Shown piece after piece: positions 37,719 to 51,902 of a DNA stretch of 64,000 bases. Made by a program: the position numbers and the translations under genes. The stretch's first letter is position 1; each line of letters starts with the position of its first letter. The stretch is from Zootoca vivipara (taxonomy: Eukaryota). Below the pieces are notes generated by a model, which was given only the letters and a program-made list of their open reading frames with translations, was not told where the DNA came from and did no database searches. The stretch is from positions 45,942,001-46,006,000 of the forward strand of contig NC_083288.1 in the NCBI RefSeq assembly GCF_963506605.1. The letters are read 5' to 3'.

Positions 37719-39419
37719 GGAATATGTTTTCATTTCCACATTTATGCTGATTTGCACGATGGACAAGTATTTCACGTACATATCAGTTAGAATAACAGGG
37801 GCATATTCAATTTTATGTCTCTCCCCTGCATTGTTAGCATAGATAGCTGTTTCTGCAACATCTTTATTCGCTAATTTATATTTCTCTCAGTTGAAGATTG
37901 TTCCAGTTCTTTTACTTTTCACCTAATCGCACACCAAACTTTTTGTACTTTCGCTGGTCCCTGTCTTTCCTTTTTATGGAATAACTTCTTATGTAAGCTT
38001 TACATGCATCCCAAACTGTCTGTATCCCTATGTCTTTATTAAACTTATTTTCAAAGAATTATTTTAACCTTTGTTTGCATTCTTGTTGAACCTTCTCTTG
38101 TTGTAACAACAATTCATGAAACCTCCGTCTAATAAAACTTATGAGTGTCAAAATGACTGAACCACATAACACCGGTCTTGAAAGACCTACACTGGCTCCC
38201 AGTACGTTTCTGAGCACAATTCAAAGTGTTGGTGCTGACCTCTAAAGCCCTAAATGGCCTCGGCCCAGTATACCTGAAGGAGCGTCTCCACCCCCATCGT
38301 TCTGCCCGGACACTGAGGTCCAGCGCTGAGGGCCTTCTGGCGGTTCCCTCACTGCGAGAAGCAAAGCTACGGGGAACCAGGCAGAGGGCCTTCTCGGTAG
38401 TGGCACCCCCCCTGTGGAACACCCTCCCATCAGAGGTCAGAGAGATAAACAACTACCTGATATTTAGAAAATACCTAAAGGCAGCCCTGTTTAGGGAAGT
38501 TTTTAATCTGTGATGTTTGATGTATTTTAATGTTTGTTGGAAGCCACCCAGAGTGGCAGAGGAAGCCCAGCCAGATGGGCAGGGTATAAATAATAAATAT
38601 TATTATTATTATTATGAATTGAGATCTGAGACAAGATTTGGTAAGTTGTCTCCTTTATGCATCTCAGTAGCTAGCATCTTAGTCCACCAGATCATATCTC
38701 TTATTGAGAAAGAGCAGGCAAAAATGTATAGGACCAGTAAAAATATATCCTATCCTAGAAATGTACAGAAAAAGAAGGTAACTTTTATGATATGTGTTGG
38801 ACTTGTAAGGCAATCAAAGCTTCTTGGGAAACGATATATAATGAAATGGAAAAAAATTGCTTAAAATAACCTCAGTTAAGAAAAACAGAGAAGCTTTTTT
38901 ATTTGGATTTACTGGTACTGACATTCCAAAGGAGCAGGAAATACTTTTTATGTATGGAATAGCAGCTGCCCAGATGTTACTAGCCCAGGGATGGAAAGAA
39001 GAGAAGTTCCCTACCAGAGAGGAATGGCAAACCATGCTGATGGACAATTCTGAAATGGCAAAATGGACTGGAAAACTCAAAAACCAAGAGGACAAAAAAA
39101 ATTATTAAAGAATGGGGGAAAAGTATAAGTTATTTAGGAGACAATTGTAATCAGATGAAAGAATGGCAGGATTTTGATTTCACTTGTAGTGTAACAAATA
39201 CCATGGACAATATGGATTGATATAAAAGTTAGAGTATGGAAGAATGTGCAGTTGTAAATATTCATCATGGGACCCCATGGAGGAGGTGGGGGGAAGACAT
39301 GAGATTCAGAGAAATCTCTGTTTATGGATATATATTTGGATTTTTATAACTCTGTATTTGTGAAACCAAATAAAAATGATTTCACAGAAAGAGAGAGAGA
39401 GAGAGGAAGAGCTGGGGCT

Positions 39420-39745
39420 CTCAGTGAGATATGTAAATCGCTTTGCAGCTCCATTTTTATATCTCTATATGTCAACAATTTCCACCTTATCCATAATTTC
39501 AACGAAAACCTTACTGTAGGTAGTTTACCTTGGAAAACTTTAATATTTTCCCCTAAAGCTCTGTCCTGTATTGGAGAGACCACTCCATTCCAGTCTCCCA
39601 TAAGGTAGCCATTTTCAGATGAAAAGCCCAGCAACCTGCCCATAAGTCCTTCATAAAATATAGATTTCTCTTCATTTGGTTCATATATGTCTACAACCAA
39701 AGTTTTATTCCCTTGGATATTAACTCCCACCCCAACATTCTCCAT
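39420..39745 (-). mobile_element. L1 endonuclease-region fragment (also 28862-29140, split by the Helitron, and 48955-49285)
   Basis: VDIY(A/E)PN and LMGDWNG APE motifs. Confidence 0.7.
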
Positions 39746-40645
39746 TTTAATCAATCAATAAATTTTATTGTATATAGACCAAAGGCCTTTACAACAGACA
39801 ACAGGGAATAATGTAAAATCATACAATGTATCCTGTAGCAGTTTACAACATAAAAAGAAATTTACAAAGTTAAAACTTAAGATTGGAGTATATTCACACA
39901 GCTACATATCTACCTTAGATTGGAGTAAAAGTTGGAATGCATAAATAGAAAAAACTCCATCCTCCCCCCTCTCCAATCAGTCCTGCAGAGATAAATTCCT
40001 CACGTGGCAACCCATAAAAATTAAAATCTTAAGAAAATACTCTCTTGCTGTATATTGCCTAAAGAACATCAATCCACTTACAGTTAAAACACAAATATAT
40101 GCTTATTTCAGTACAGTATGAAGAAATAGCACACATACAGAAATCATTAAATGTAATAATTAACCATACATGAGGTAGAAATTACACTTTTTGATTAATA
40201 TGAAAAACTACGTGTTCAGTCAGGTATGATGTTTTTGATCATGCAAATCTGGAGTCAAGGTCCCATATCTCATCTGCTTGGGGACCAGAGAAGACTTCTG
40301 CTCACAAATGGAAGACAAGAACCAACATGTTTCCTACCATAGGAGTCACTTAGTATCAAAACACTGAGAAAGTAATTTCCCCTCTCACACACAAAGTTAT
40401 CCACAGCACCATCATTTGCTCAGGTGGTCAAAGCTCCAGAGACTTTCAAAAGGATTGGAAAAAACAGTCAGTCAGTAAGTCTGAAAGTGATGATAAATGA
40501 ACACCTGTGCCATGGGAAGTTGAGATTAAATGCAAGAGGCAAGCAAGGATATATCTGACAATTTTCTCCTTTTGCCTTGTCAAAGCTAGTTAGAAGGAAA
40601 TAGGTGCAGGACAGCTTATATTTAGAGAGAAGCTTCGAGGAAAGC

Positions 40646-43600
40646 ATGTTAGGAAAAACAATCTTTCTTCTTCTTCTGCCTTCTACTCTGTCCAAAGTAG
40701 ATCCCATGAAATGTCACACAGGTGATCCCCTACCTATACCACATGAATGGTACCAGCCAGGGGGTCTCCTCATTGGTGGGATTACTTCTCAGATGATATA
40801 CATTTCCCTTGAAATTCTGTTCAAGGAACAGCCTTCCCAGAATCACTTTGACATTCCACAGTAAGTATCGTCTTTGCCAAATCTGTTAAGTTGCTTATAT
40901 TTTGTAAATGTAGAGGAAATATGCGGTAGTATCAATGCTGTAAAGATTTGTGAACGGGGAAATGTAAAAACAGTAAAAGAAATCATCTTCATGCACTAGG
41001 TAGAGGTGAAGCATATTGTTATATTATTTTCAAGATATCACAGTGTTTCTAAAGGCACTAGGCATTATAGAAAAAAACACATATGTTATATGTAAAGTTT
41101 GGTGAGAATTGGAACAGTTGTCTGTAGGGAATCAAGAGCAATCGGAGAAGATATTTCCACTCCTGTAAGATTCAATTGCTCATGTAGACTAGTGGGATTA
41201 TAGAGCAACAGCTTCATACATTGTAGGCACATCTTCTGAATTAGAAAAATAATTCCATTCTCAGTGTGGTGACCAAGTTCCAGCAGGATGGATTTCCCTT
41301 GGCTTTTGCTGTAAATAAACTTAATTCAGTTAGATACAGGTTATTACGTGGTTTGTAGCATAAACTATTCCTGCATTGTAGACTAATGTTCTGAATTAAT
41401 GAAATTCTATTGGCAGAGTCATTATCAAGCTTTACCAGCATGTTCTGGCTCTGGTGTTTGCCATAAATGACATCAACAAGAACCCCAAATTACTACCTAA
41501 TGCGACATTTGGTTTCCACATCTGTGACACCTATCTTGATTCGAGGATGACCTATCGCACCACACTGGATCTGATCTTCAAGTCACATAGGTTTCTCCCA
41601 AACTACAAATGTGCCACAGAGAAAAACCTCCTAGCCGTCATTGGAGGACTGGGCTCTGACACTTCATTCCATTTGATGGATATCTTAGCCCTATATAAGA
41701 TACCACAGGTAGGATATGTGCATGGGTGCTGGTGGTAATATCATATCTTTCTGTATTTATAACTTGGAATAATGTTCAGAAGAAAGAACTAGTGACAATG
41801 AATTTGCTTCTTTTTGCAAACATAAAAGACCAGATAAAGACCCAAAAGGAAAAGAAAAAAGACATTTCGAAGATAACACAGTATCTTTATGTTTTCTTAA
41901 AGCTTACATATGACTCATTTGCCATAGATGAGACCAAAATAATGGAAGTTCCTCCCTTTTACCGCATGGTCCCACACGAAAACCTTCAGTATATGGGAAT
42001 TATATGGTTACTTCAGCATTTCAGGTGGACCTGGGTTGGGCTCTTTGTTGTAGATGATAACAGTGGAGAGCAATTCCTAAAAATACTGGAGCCATTGTTT
42101 TCCAGAAATGGAATCTGTTCAGCCATCACCAAAAGAATCCCACATAAAATTCGTATGGAGGATTACATAAACCAGTTTTATGATTCCAGTGCAATTAACT
42201 TTTCTTTCCAAGATTGTAAAACTGGGGCAATTATAATGTATGGAGAATCACTAATAATTTTGCGGTTGACAGCTCTTATTTATTCACAAGATTCAGGAAA
42301 TATGAAAAACCCATTATTTGGAAAGGTGTGGATTTTGACAACCCGGACAGATTTTATACTAACAGGTGCCACAAGAGTATGGGATTTCCAGTTGTTCCAA
42401 GGTGCTATTTTATTTTCTATTCACACAAAAGAGGTTCCAGGTTTCAGGGAATTTCTTCAGAATATAAACCCTACCAAGTCAGAAAGAGATGGTTTCATTA
42501 AAATTTTCTGGGAGCAAGCATTTGATTGTTCCTTTCCAGAACCAGGTATGCCTGTGATGGACGATGACATTTGCACTGGAGAGGAGAGGCTGGAGAGTCT
42601 CCCTGCAGGTCTTTTTGAAATGCACATGACTGGACACAGTTACGGTATCTATAATGCTGTTTATGCTTTGGCCCATGCTTTGGACATTGCTAGATCCAAA
42701 CCAAAATCAAAGACAGTTGGTAACAGTGTCAAACTTCAGTCTCTGGAGCCTTATCAGGTAATGTCTCCTCAACAAATACTCTGTATTTTAATGAACAGTT
42801 TGGACAGGGTGAAAATAGATTAATTTTTGTCCTGTTTGCATCAATAATGACAATTGTATACTGTCACAGTGGCCGGAGTGGGCTACTTCAGAGTAACGAC
42901 TCTACACAGCTCTGCATTTTATCTTTTTATTGGTGCTGCGTATTTACAGTGCTAAAGGCAGTGCCATTTACAGAGACACATCTTATCCGCTTGAATCAGA
43001 ACCTCCGAATGGCGTTTGGCGTGTTTTTCTCCAACATAACAACTTGGGGAGACCCATCCTCTTCACCCTACGTTTTCTGCGCAATTCCGGAGTTGGGGGG
43101 ACAGGTCTGCCCCCCTTGCTTCCCCCTTCCTGTCCCACCTGGGATGCTGGCTCCGCTACCCTGCCTGAGCCTCGGATCCCACTTCCTGCTTCCCCACTTG
43201 AGGCGGAACTCTCCCTGCTTTCCCCTGCGCTCGGGGATGGGCTGGAACTCAGGAGGGGAGGGACTTCGCGATATCCCCTGTCCCTCACATATACATACCA
43301 TATTCGCAATTAAAAAATGGGGTTTACATTCCCTTTCTATGAATGAGAATTGAAAGGAAGGCCATTCTGAAATCTTCAGCATGCTGTTATTCTGTTTTGA
43401 TTTCCTTCCTTTTTTCCCAAATAGCTCCACCAGTTTCTTCAAGCCATCTCATTTAACAATTCAGCTGGAGAAACCATGTCCTTTGATGATCAATGGGAAA
43501 TGAGTGGTGGATTTGACATCATGAACCTGGTCACCTTCCCCAACAATTCCTTTCAGAGAATTAAAGTTGGAAACATTTCTCCTTATGCTCCTGAAGGGAA

Positions 43601-46600
43601 AGTATTCACCATTAGAGAGGACAAAATTGTGTGGCACGGATATTTTAATGAGGTATTTATTCTGGCTCTATCCTGGAGAACCCATTGTATTGAATTATGA
43701 AATACGGTGTAATCTTTTCTCCACAACCTGATATGGCAATGGCACATGAAGCTCTAGAGTGAATTCTATTTTTCCTTTCACATTCAGAAATCAGATATGG
43801 CTTTAGGACAGCACAAATTATTACTCCCACACTGGGCACAAAGCAGAGCGGGCTCCCAGTAAGCACTTGCCCAGCTATGGGAAGGTGCTGGGAGGATTCT
43901 GGAAGGGTCACAGAATCTCCAATCTCATCCCCAAACCCTAGTTAGCACTTGCTCAGCTTGGGAAGGGATCTATGAGCCTGTTGATGCTCTTTCCCCTCCT
44001 TCACTCTGTATCAATACATTTTATATAAGTTCTTTTCTTTTCTTTTTTACATTGCATTATGTCAACTTCATGGATGTCATGATATACCAAAATAAACCAT
44101 AGAAAATGTTCGGATTGGCACACACCATTACACAAAGATTGAGTCTTCCTGACAACATTATCTTAGTGAGCTGTCTTGCCTGTCTTCCTCCTTTGTCCCA
44201 TTTCTTTGCTCTTGTAATGCAGTATCTCAGCAATGAAATCTACACCACCATATCACTTCAGCAGAAATTGGTTTGTACTAGATGACCCATATTGTCTCTT
44301 AGGATCCTTTCAATTCAACAGTTCTATAATCTGCTAGCTGGCCCTGCCACGCGTTGCTATGGCTTATCCGTGTGATTTCTCCCACCCTGTGCCGATCCAT
44401 GATGTATCCTGCCCCCACCCCCAGCTTATCCCTGTGATTTCCCCCCTCTCCTCCCCCCAATCCCCAGCTTATCCCTGTGATTCACCCCTGACTATCCTGA
44501 TCCATGACCTATTTTGTTCTCTACCCCCCCGCTCATCCCTGTGAATCCCCCAAATCTGTCCCAACTTATGACCTATTATGCCCCCTCCTCCCCCTACCCT
44601 GGGTTATCACTGTGATTTTCCCCACCCTGTGTCAATCCATGATGTTTACCGCCCCCTCCACCCCATCCCCGGCTTATCCCTGTAATTCCCCCCTCCTACC
44701 CCCACCCCTGGCTTATCCCTGTGATTCCCCTCTCCCTGTACCTCCATTCGGCCTAGTCTGTAAAGGCTTCAGCCTAGTATGTAAGTGGGAGCCGAGGTGT
44801 TTAGAGGGAAGGTTTTAGAGGTGCAGTAACTGTGTAGCCACTGCTAAGGGGCGCTCTTTTGCAATCTCTTGTGGCTTCTTTTTCTCAGCATGCACTATCA
44901 TCTGAATTTCGTGTACTGAAACACGGGGTTTTGGGGGTCTTACCTGGCATAGGCAATGCATCTTTCTTAGCACACTTTATAAGATCCCTCAGATATTTGC
45001 TTGGGACATTGTGTCTGAATTTGAACGCAATCGGTCAAGCGGTTTCGGAGAAAAGTGGAGANNNNNNNNNNNNNNNNNNNNNNNNNNNNNNNNNNNNNNN
45101 NNNNNNNNNNNNNNNNNNNNNNNNNNNNNNNNNNNNNNNNNNNNNNNNNNNNNNNNNNNNNNNNNNNNNNNNNNNNNNNNNNNNNNNNNNNNNNNCATGT
45201 GAAAGAGTTGGAGCTCAATTGTAGAGCATATGCTTTCCATGCAACAGGTTCCATGCTCAGTCTTTAGCATCTCCAGGAATGACTGAGGGCAAACCCTGCC
45301 TGAAATTCTTGAGAACTCTAAGTTTCAACATTATTGTGTCAATGGTCTGAGATACTATCTTACAACACTGTAATGTCATCTGTGTTTCTTCTCTTTAAAA
45401 AACAATTCATATTCCACTTAACTGCAATAGTTTCTAAGTGGTTTACCAAGATATCATACAAGAATAATCAGTGCATACTATGAAATCAAATCACATTAGC
45501 AAGACCACTGGAATCAAACAAGAACAACTTTATGTGTTGGAAGTTCAAAAGGGGCATTATGGGAATTCTGCTTCATGTAAAAAAAAAACACAGTCATGGC
45601 AGGATGGAATAAAGTAGAATCAGGAATAAATGGGGGGAGCGGATTTTTTTTTCCTTTTCAAATTTTGGCTATTTAAGTTCTGCCAGATCATAGTACCATC
45701 CTCTGACATTTAAGGTCACCCTGATGACAATCATGATAAGAACAAAAGCTTGAATCTGCATTACGTTCAACATAATTTTGTCATTTCTGCATGTATTCTT
45801 CTGACTATTTTTAGGCAACATACCTACAGGCACGTCTATGAGATCTGCCATGAGAATTACAATTTCACAAAAACCAATGGGAGAAGAGAAACAGAATACA
45901 TTTTACTGTACCTCAAACAAGTTACACTGGCAGAAATATCCTGCACATACCATAGATAATTTGTTTTTTCATTTGAATGTGCTGTACGGCTGTCTCCATT
46001 GTTATGATACTTCATCAGTAAGTGAGAAATATTTTTTTTTCAATAAACAAATTCTTTAAACAAACAAAAAACAAAAATGTATATGAACAGGTGGTTCCCC
46101 TTTCTCTGTGTAATGATTGTTGCCACCCTGGTCATCAGAAGAAAAGGAAGGAGGGTGAGAAGTTTTGCTGCTATGATTGTGCTCCATGTCCAGATGGGAA
46201 GATTTCCAACCAAACTGGTAGGTCATGTCATCTTGCCATAACAAAGGGTAACAATAATTTGCTGTATTCAATGAATGGTCTGTAAGCTGAATCTCCCCCA
46301 CCCCACCCCACCCCATATTTCAGATATGGAAGACTGTTTCAAATGCCCAGAAAAAGAGTATCCAAGCAAGAATAGAAGTCAATGCCACCCCAAAATCATA
46401 CGTTTTTTGTCTTATGAAGAACCTTTAGGGAAAGGCTTAGCTTCAGCTACGGCTTCTTTTTCATTCATCACAACCTTGGTGTTTGCTACCTTCATTAAGC
46501 ATAGAGATACCCCCATTGTCAAAGCCAACAACCGGGACCTCACCTACATTCTCCTGGTCTCCCTCTTGCTCTGCTTCCTCTCTTCATTGTTATTCCTTGG

Positions 46601-47225
46601 CCAACCTGGGAAAGTGACCTGCCTTCTCCGACAACCAGCATTTGGAATCATTTTTTCAGTGGCTGTTTCTTGCATGTTGGCCAAGACCACCATTGTTTCT
46701 CTAGCATTCATGGCCACAAAACCAGGATCAGGAGTGAAGAAATGGATGGGGAAGAAAGTGTCATATTCAATCGCTGTTTGCTGTTCACTTGTTCAAATGG
46801 GTTTTTGCACAGTGTGGCTCTCAACCTTTCCCCCATTCCCTGATTTAGACATGCATTCAGTGAATGAAGAAATCATTGTACAGTGTAATGAAGGGTCTGT
46901 CACCATGTTTTATTGTGTCCTGGGCTACATGGGTCTCCTGGCCATCAGCAGCTTCATTGTGGCATTCCTTGCCCGCAAGTTACCTGACAGTTTTAATGAA
47001 GCAAAATTCATTACATTCAGCATGTTAGCATTTTGCAGTGTTTGGCTGTCCTTTATTCCAACTTACCTGAGCACCAGAGGGAAAGGCATGGTGGCTGTGG
47101 AGATCTTCTCCATCTTGACGTCCAGTGCTGTGCTTCTGGGATGCATCTTTTTCCCTAAGTGCTACATCATTTTGCTGAGGCCTGAACTGAACAGCAGGGA
47201 GCAGATAATGAGGAGACAGCATTGA
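40646..47225 (+). CDS. V2R gene E, complete, ~872 aa: exons 40646-40860, 41417-41708, 41903-42757, 43425-43652, 46091-46217, 46324-47225
   Basis: Closest to D (shares the 9-nt exon-3 deletion and an intron-4 Helitron). Frame is intact; the N gap is intronic. Confidence 0.94.
42862..43289 (-). mobile_element. Solo LTR (428 bp) in gene E intron 3
   Basis: TGT...ACA termini, 5-bp TSD tatac, AATAAA on the minus strand; absent from C, D and F. Confidence 0.87.
44334..45061 (-). mobile_element. Helitron in gene E intron 4 (same site as in D), running into the N gap
   Basis: Same flank (caattcaacagttctataatctg) and CTAG terminus as 33978. Confidence 0.82.
45062..45195. other. Assembly gap (134 N)
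   Basis: N run where the Helitron's microsatellite end is expected. Confidence 1.
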
Positions 47226-48090
47226 GGAATTTGTCTTCATTTCCACAGTTATGCTGATTTGCACGATGGACAAGTATTTCACGTACATATCAGAAGTACA
47301 GGGGCATATTCTATTTCATTTCTCTCCCCTGCATTGTTGGCATAGATAGCTGTCTCTGCAACATCTTTATTCGCTAATTTATATTTCTCTTAGTTGGAGA
47401 TTGTTCCAGTTCTTTTTCTTTTCATCTAATGGCACACCAAACATTTTGTAGTTTCTCTGGTCTCTTTCTTTCCTTTTTATGGAATAACTTCTTATGAAAG
47501 CTTGACTTGCATCCCAAACTGTCTGTATCCCTATGTCTTTATTAAACTTATTTTCAAAGAATTATTTTAACCTTTGTTAGCATTCCTGTTCAACCTTCTC
47601 TTGTTGTAACAACAATTCATGAAACCTCCGTCTAATAAAACTTATGAGTGTCATAATGACTGAACCACATAACACGGTCTTGAAAGACCTACACTGGCTC
47701 CCAGTACATTTCTGAGCATAATTCAAAGTGTTGGTACTGACCTTTAAAGCCCTAAATGGCCTTGGCCCAGTATACCTGAAGGAGCGTCTCCAGCCCCATC
47801 GTTCTGCCCGGACACTGAGGTCCAGCGCCGAGGGCCTTCTGGCGGTTCCCTCACTGCGAGAAGCAAAGCTACGGGGAACCAGGCAGAGGGCCTTCTCGGT
47901 AGTGGCATCCGCCCTGTGGAACACCCTCCAATCAGAGGTCAGAGAGATAAACAACTACCTGACATTTAGAAAATACCTAAAGGCAGCCCTGTTTAGGGAA
48001 GTTTTTAATCTGTGATATTTGATGTATTCAAATGTTTGTTGGAAGCCACCTAGAGTGGCAGGGGAAGCCCAGCCAGATGGGCTGGGTATA

Positions 48091-48132
<42 letters not shown>

Positions 48133-48881
48133 TATGAATTGTGATCTGAGAAAAGATTTGGTAAGTTGTCTACTTTATGCATCTCAGTAGCTAGCATCTT
48201 AGTCAACCAGGTCTTATCTCTTATTGAGAAAGAGCAGGCAAAAATGTATAGGACAAATACAAATATATCCTGGAAGTGTACAGAAAAAGAAGGTAACGTT
48301 TATGATATGTGTTGGACTTGTAAGGTAATCAAAGCTTCTTGGGAGATGATATGTAATGAAATGGGAAAAAATGTTTAAAATAACCTCAGTTAAGAAAAAC
48401 CCAGAAGCCTTTTTATTTGGAATTACTGGTACTGACACTCCAAAGGCGCAGGAAATACTTTTTATGTATGGAATAACAGCTGCCTGGATATTACTAGCCC
48501 AGGAATAGAAAGAAGAGAAGTTCCCTAAGAGGGAGGAATGGCAAACTAAGCTGATGGACTATGCTGAAATGGCAAAATGGACTGGAAATCTCAAAAACCA
48601 AGAGGACAAAAAAAATTATTAAAGAATGGGGAAAATTTATAAGTTATTTAGGAGACCATTGTAATCAGATGGAAAGAATGGCAGGATTTTGATTTCACTT
48701 GTAGTGTAACAAATACCATGGAAAAAAGGGATTTATATAAAAGTTAGAGTATGGAAGAATGTGCGGTTGTAAATGTTCAAAATGGGACCCCATGAAGGAA
48801 GTGGGGGGAAGACACTTTGTATATGGATATATATTTTTTATAACTCTGTATTTGTAAAACCAAATAAAAATGATTTCACAG

Positions 48882-48884
<3 letters not shown>

Positions 48885-48936
<52 letters not shown>

Positions 48937-48938
48937 GA
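48885..48938. repeat. (GA)n microsatellite, much longer than at the paralogous loci near 26940 and 39390
   Basis: Directly visible. Confidence 0.9.
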
Positions 48939-50731
48939 AATAAAGAGCTGGGTCTCTCAGTGAGATATGTAAATCGTTTTGCAGCTCTATTTTTATATCT
49001 CTATATGTCAACAATTTCCACATTATGCATAATTTCAAGGAAAACCTTACTGTAGGTAGTTTACCTTGGAAAACTTTAATATTTTCCCCTAAAGCTCTGT
49101 CCTGTATTGGAGAGACCACTCCATTCCAGTCTCCCATAAGGAAGCCATTTTCATATGAAAAGTCTAGCAACCTGCCCATGAGTCCTTCATAAAATATAGA
49201 TTCCTCTCCATTTCGTGCATATATGTCTACAACCAAAGTTTTATTCCCTTGGATATTAACTTAACTCCCACCCCAACATTCACCATTTTAATGAATCAAT
49301 CATTTTTATTGTATATAGACCAAAGGCCTTTACAACAGACAACAGGGAATAAAATGAATTTTTATGTAAAATCATACAATGTAACCTCTAGCAGTATATA
49401 ACATAAAAATAAATTTTCCCCCATCAGTGCTGCAGATATAAATTCATCACGTGGCATCCCATTACATTTTTTATTTTTAAAAAATACTACTTTAATGTAT
49501 ATTGACTATTGAACATCAATCCACTAACAGTTAAAACACAAATATTTGCTTATTTCAGTACAGTATCCAGAAATAGCATGAATGTAGAAATCATGAAATG
49601 TAATAATTAACCAGACTTCCGGTCTGGGTGCGCTAGACGACGAGTCGCTGAAAGACGGAGCTCTGAAAAGTGGAGCTCGTTTTTCGAGTCGGTGGTCTGT
49701 CCGGAGGGGGGTTTTGGCACCGCAAACCCGCCCAAACGAAGGGGAGAGTACGGGTCTCTCACCGAGTTAAAAGACGAACCAAAAAAGGGCGTTAAGAGGC
49801 AGAACTTCGTCCCGGCACCGTGGGTGGAGGAGACGGAGAGGAGCCAGACGCCATAGAACGAGGACGCTCCGACGAGGTGCCCGAGGACGCGCAATAGCTA
49901 GCACCCAAGACACACCAACCAGAGGAAAAATCAAGATAACCGACCTGTGAGAAAGCAACAAATATCCGAACGTGCTGATTAAGAAAACTCCAGGCGGAAA
50001 GCAAGGTTGGTGAACTATTTTACAACCGCGGAGGGATACTGCTACTAACGGAACTCTTTTTAATATCTATACTCGCAGTGGGAGTGAATACGTTACGGTT
50101 AAAGAGCCAAAAATAAAGAGAAACGGAGGCGAAATTGAGGTATCGTGGCTAGTTTCCAGAGGGAGAGAGAAGATAAATAAATAAATAAATAAAAAACCTA
50201 ACAACGCTAAAAGGGTATTTTGAGAAGGATAAAAGGAAGCGACTAATAGAAGAGAAAAGAGGTGAAAGGAGGCGAGGGGGGACGTAAAACGCGGAACAAG
50301 GGAAAGCAAGGGAAGGAGGTGCTTGGGAACTATAAAACGGTAAAACCAGGCAAGAAAAAAATGGAGGAGGAGATCTAATAAGAACTGCATAAATTGCCAA
50401 GTCACGACTTCCGCCTTCTTCACAGAGGTAGAAAAGAAACGAAAGGAGGGGAAGGAGAATAAAAGAGCCTAAGAATAGCGACCCCTGCTGGCGAGTTAAA
50501 AAATTGCACAAGAGTGAACAAAAAAAGAAAAGAAAAGCAATGCAGCCTTGAAACCAAGATCTTACCCCCCTCCCCCCTGGTGTTTGGACATTTCAAAAGT
50601 AATAACTATGGACTTTTAATGAACCTTTAATTTCAGGAAGAAGGAAACTCCCAGTGATTGAACAGGGGCAAAAGAAAAGAACAAACCTCATAAGAGGGGA
50701 AAAGAAAAATTAAATCTAAAATAAAGAAAGG

Positions 50732-51637
50732 ATGGGAAGCAAGAAGAACATGGATCTGAAAGCAAGGAGACAATCCACCTCAGGTGATGGTGATGCATTG
50801 TCCGATATAAAAGAACTCATCACCGAGATGAACAAATCACTAGGTGAAAAACTAGACGCTGTAGAAACAAAAATTGAAAGTAATTCAAAGGTGATAATGG
50901 AGATGACTGGGCAAATCAAAGAGCTATATGGAAAGAACAATGAGCTTGATAAAGCAGTTAAGGACTTAAACACTAAAATGCAAAAGCAGGAAGAATCCAT
51001 TTAAAAAGTCATAACAGTCAACAAAGAGATAAAAGAAGCACAAGAGGATGAAGACGTGGAACGCCAAAAAATTAAGAAAATGCAGGAGGATCTTGCTGAT
51101 CAGATCGCTCTGCTGGAGATGAAGCAGAAATCGTTGTGGCTGAGATTAAGAGGGATTCAGGAAACGCCGAATGAACAAATTGATGAAAAGATCATCAAGG
51201 AGCTGGCAAAATGGCTCAAAGTGAAGGAGGAAGACCTAGCTTATGACGTAGACAAAATATATAGGATCCGATTAGACAAATCAAAGAACAGGAGAGGCCC
51301 AGGAGACTGCATGATCATTTTAAATTCCAGATTATTGAAAGACAAAATTCTACAAAAAAAGAAACAAGAGGAACTAGTGATTGATGGAAGAATGGTGGCC
51401 ATCTTTAAAGAGATCCCCAAAAGATTTGTTCTTAAACGACAAAAGTATAAAGAACTGACAGAAGCCCTAGGAAAGAGAGGCATATGGTTTATCTGGGAAT
51501 ATCCGGAGGGCCTGACCTTCTTTTATAAAGAAAGAAGAAAAACAATCAGAACAAAGGATGAAGCTGAAAAATTTCTGAGAAGACTGAAGAATGAAGTGGG
51601 AGAAGAAGAAGAAGGGGAAAGAGGCAGTGAAAGTTAA
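50732..51637 (+). pseudogene. L1 ORF1 with one in-frame stop (TAA 51002-51004)
   Basis: ORFs 50732-51004 and 51056-51637 share a frame. Coiled-coil followed by LRLRGIQE and WEYPEGL, as in L1 ORF1. Confidence 0.88.
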
Positions 51638-51902
51638 GGGAACAGAGGGTAGAGATTAGAAATCTAGGATTAAGAGAAATTATGTTGTATTAAAAAGGTT
51701 TTCTTTCTTTTTTTTTCCCAGGGGGGGGGGGGAGTAAGGGAGGGACAGGTTGGATTTCCGTTGTAGGATTGAACCTCGCTTTCATCTCTTCTTTTTTCTT
51801 TTTTTTTGAAGTATCTTGAGATTTTGTATATGGGAATATTTTTAGGAGTAGCCAACAGAAAGTAAAATTTATAATTGTGTTTATTAAACTAAACAATAAA
51901 GA

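Noticed and set aside
42847-43442. Pro-rich 108-168 aa ORFs in gene E intron 3
   Set aside because: They fall within or across a solo LTR.
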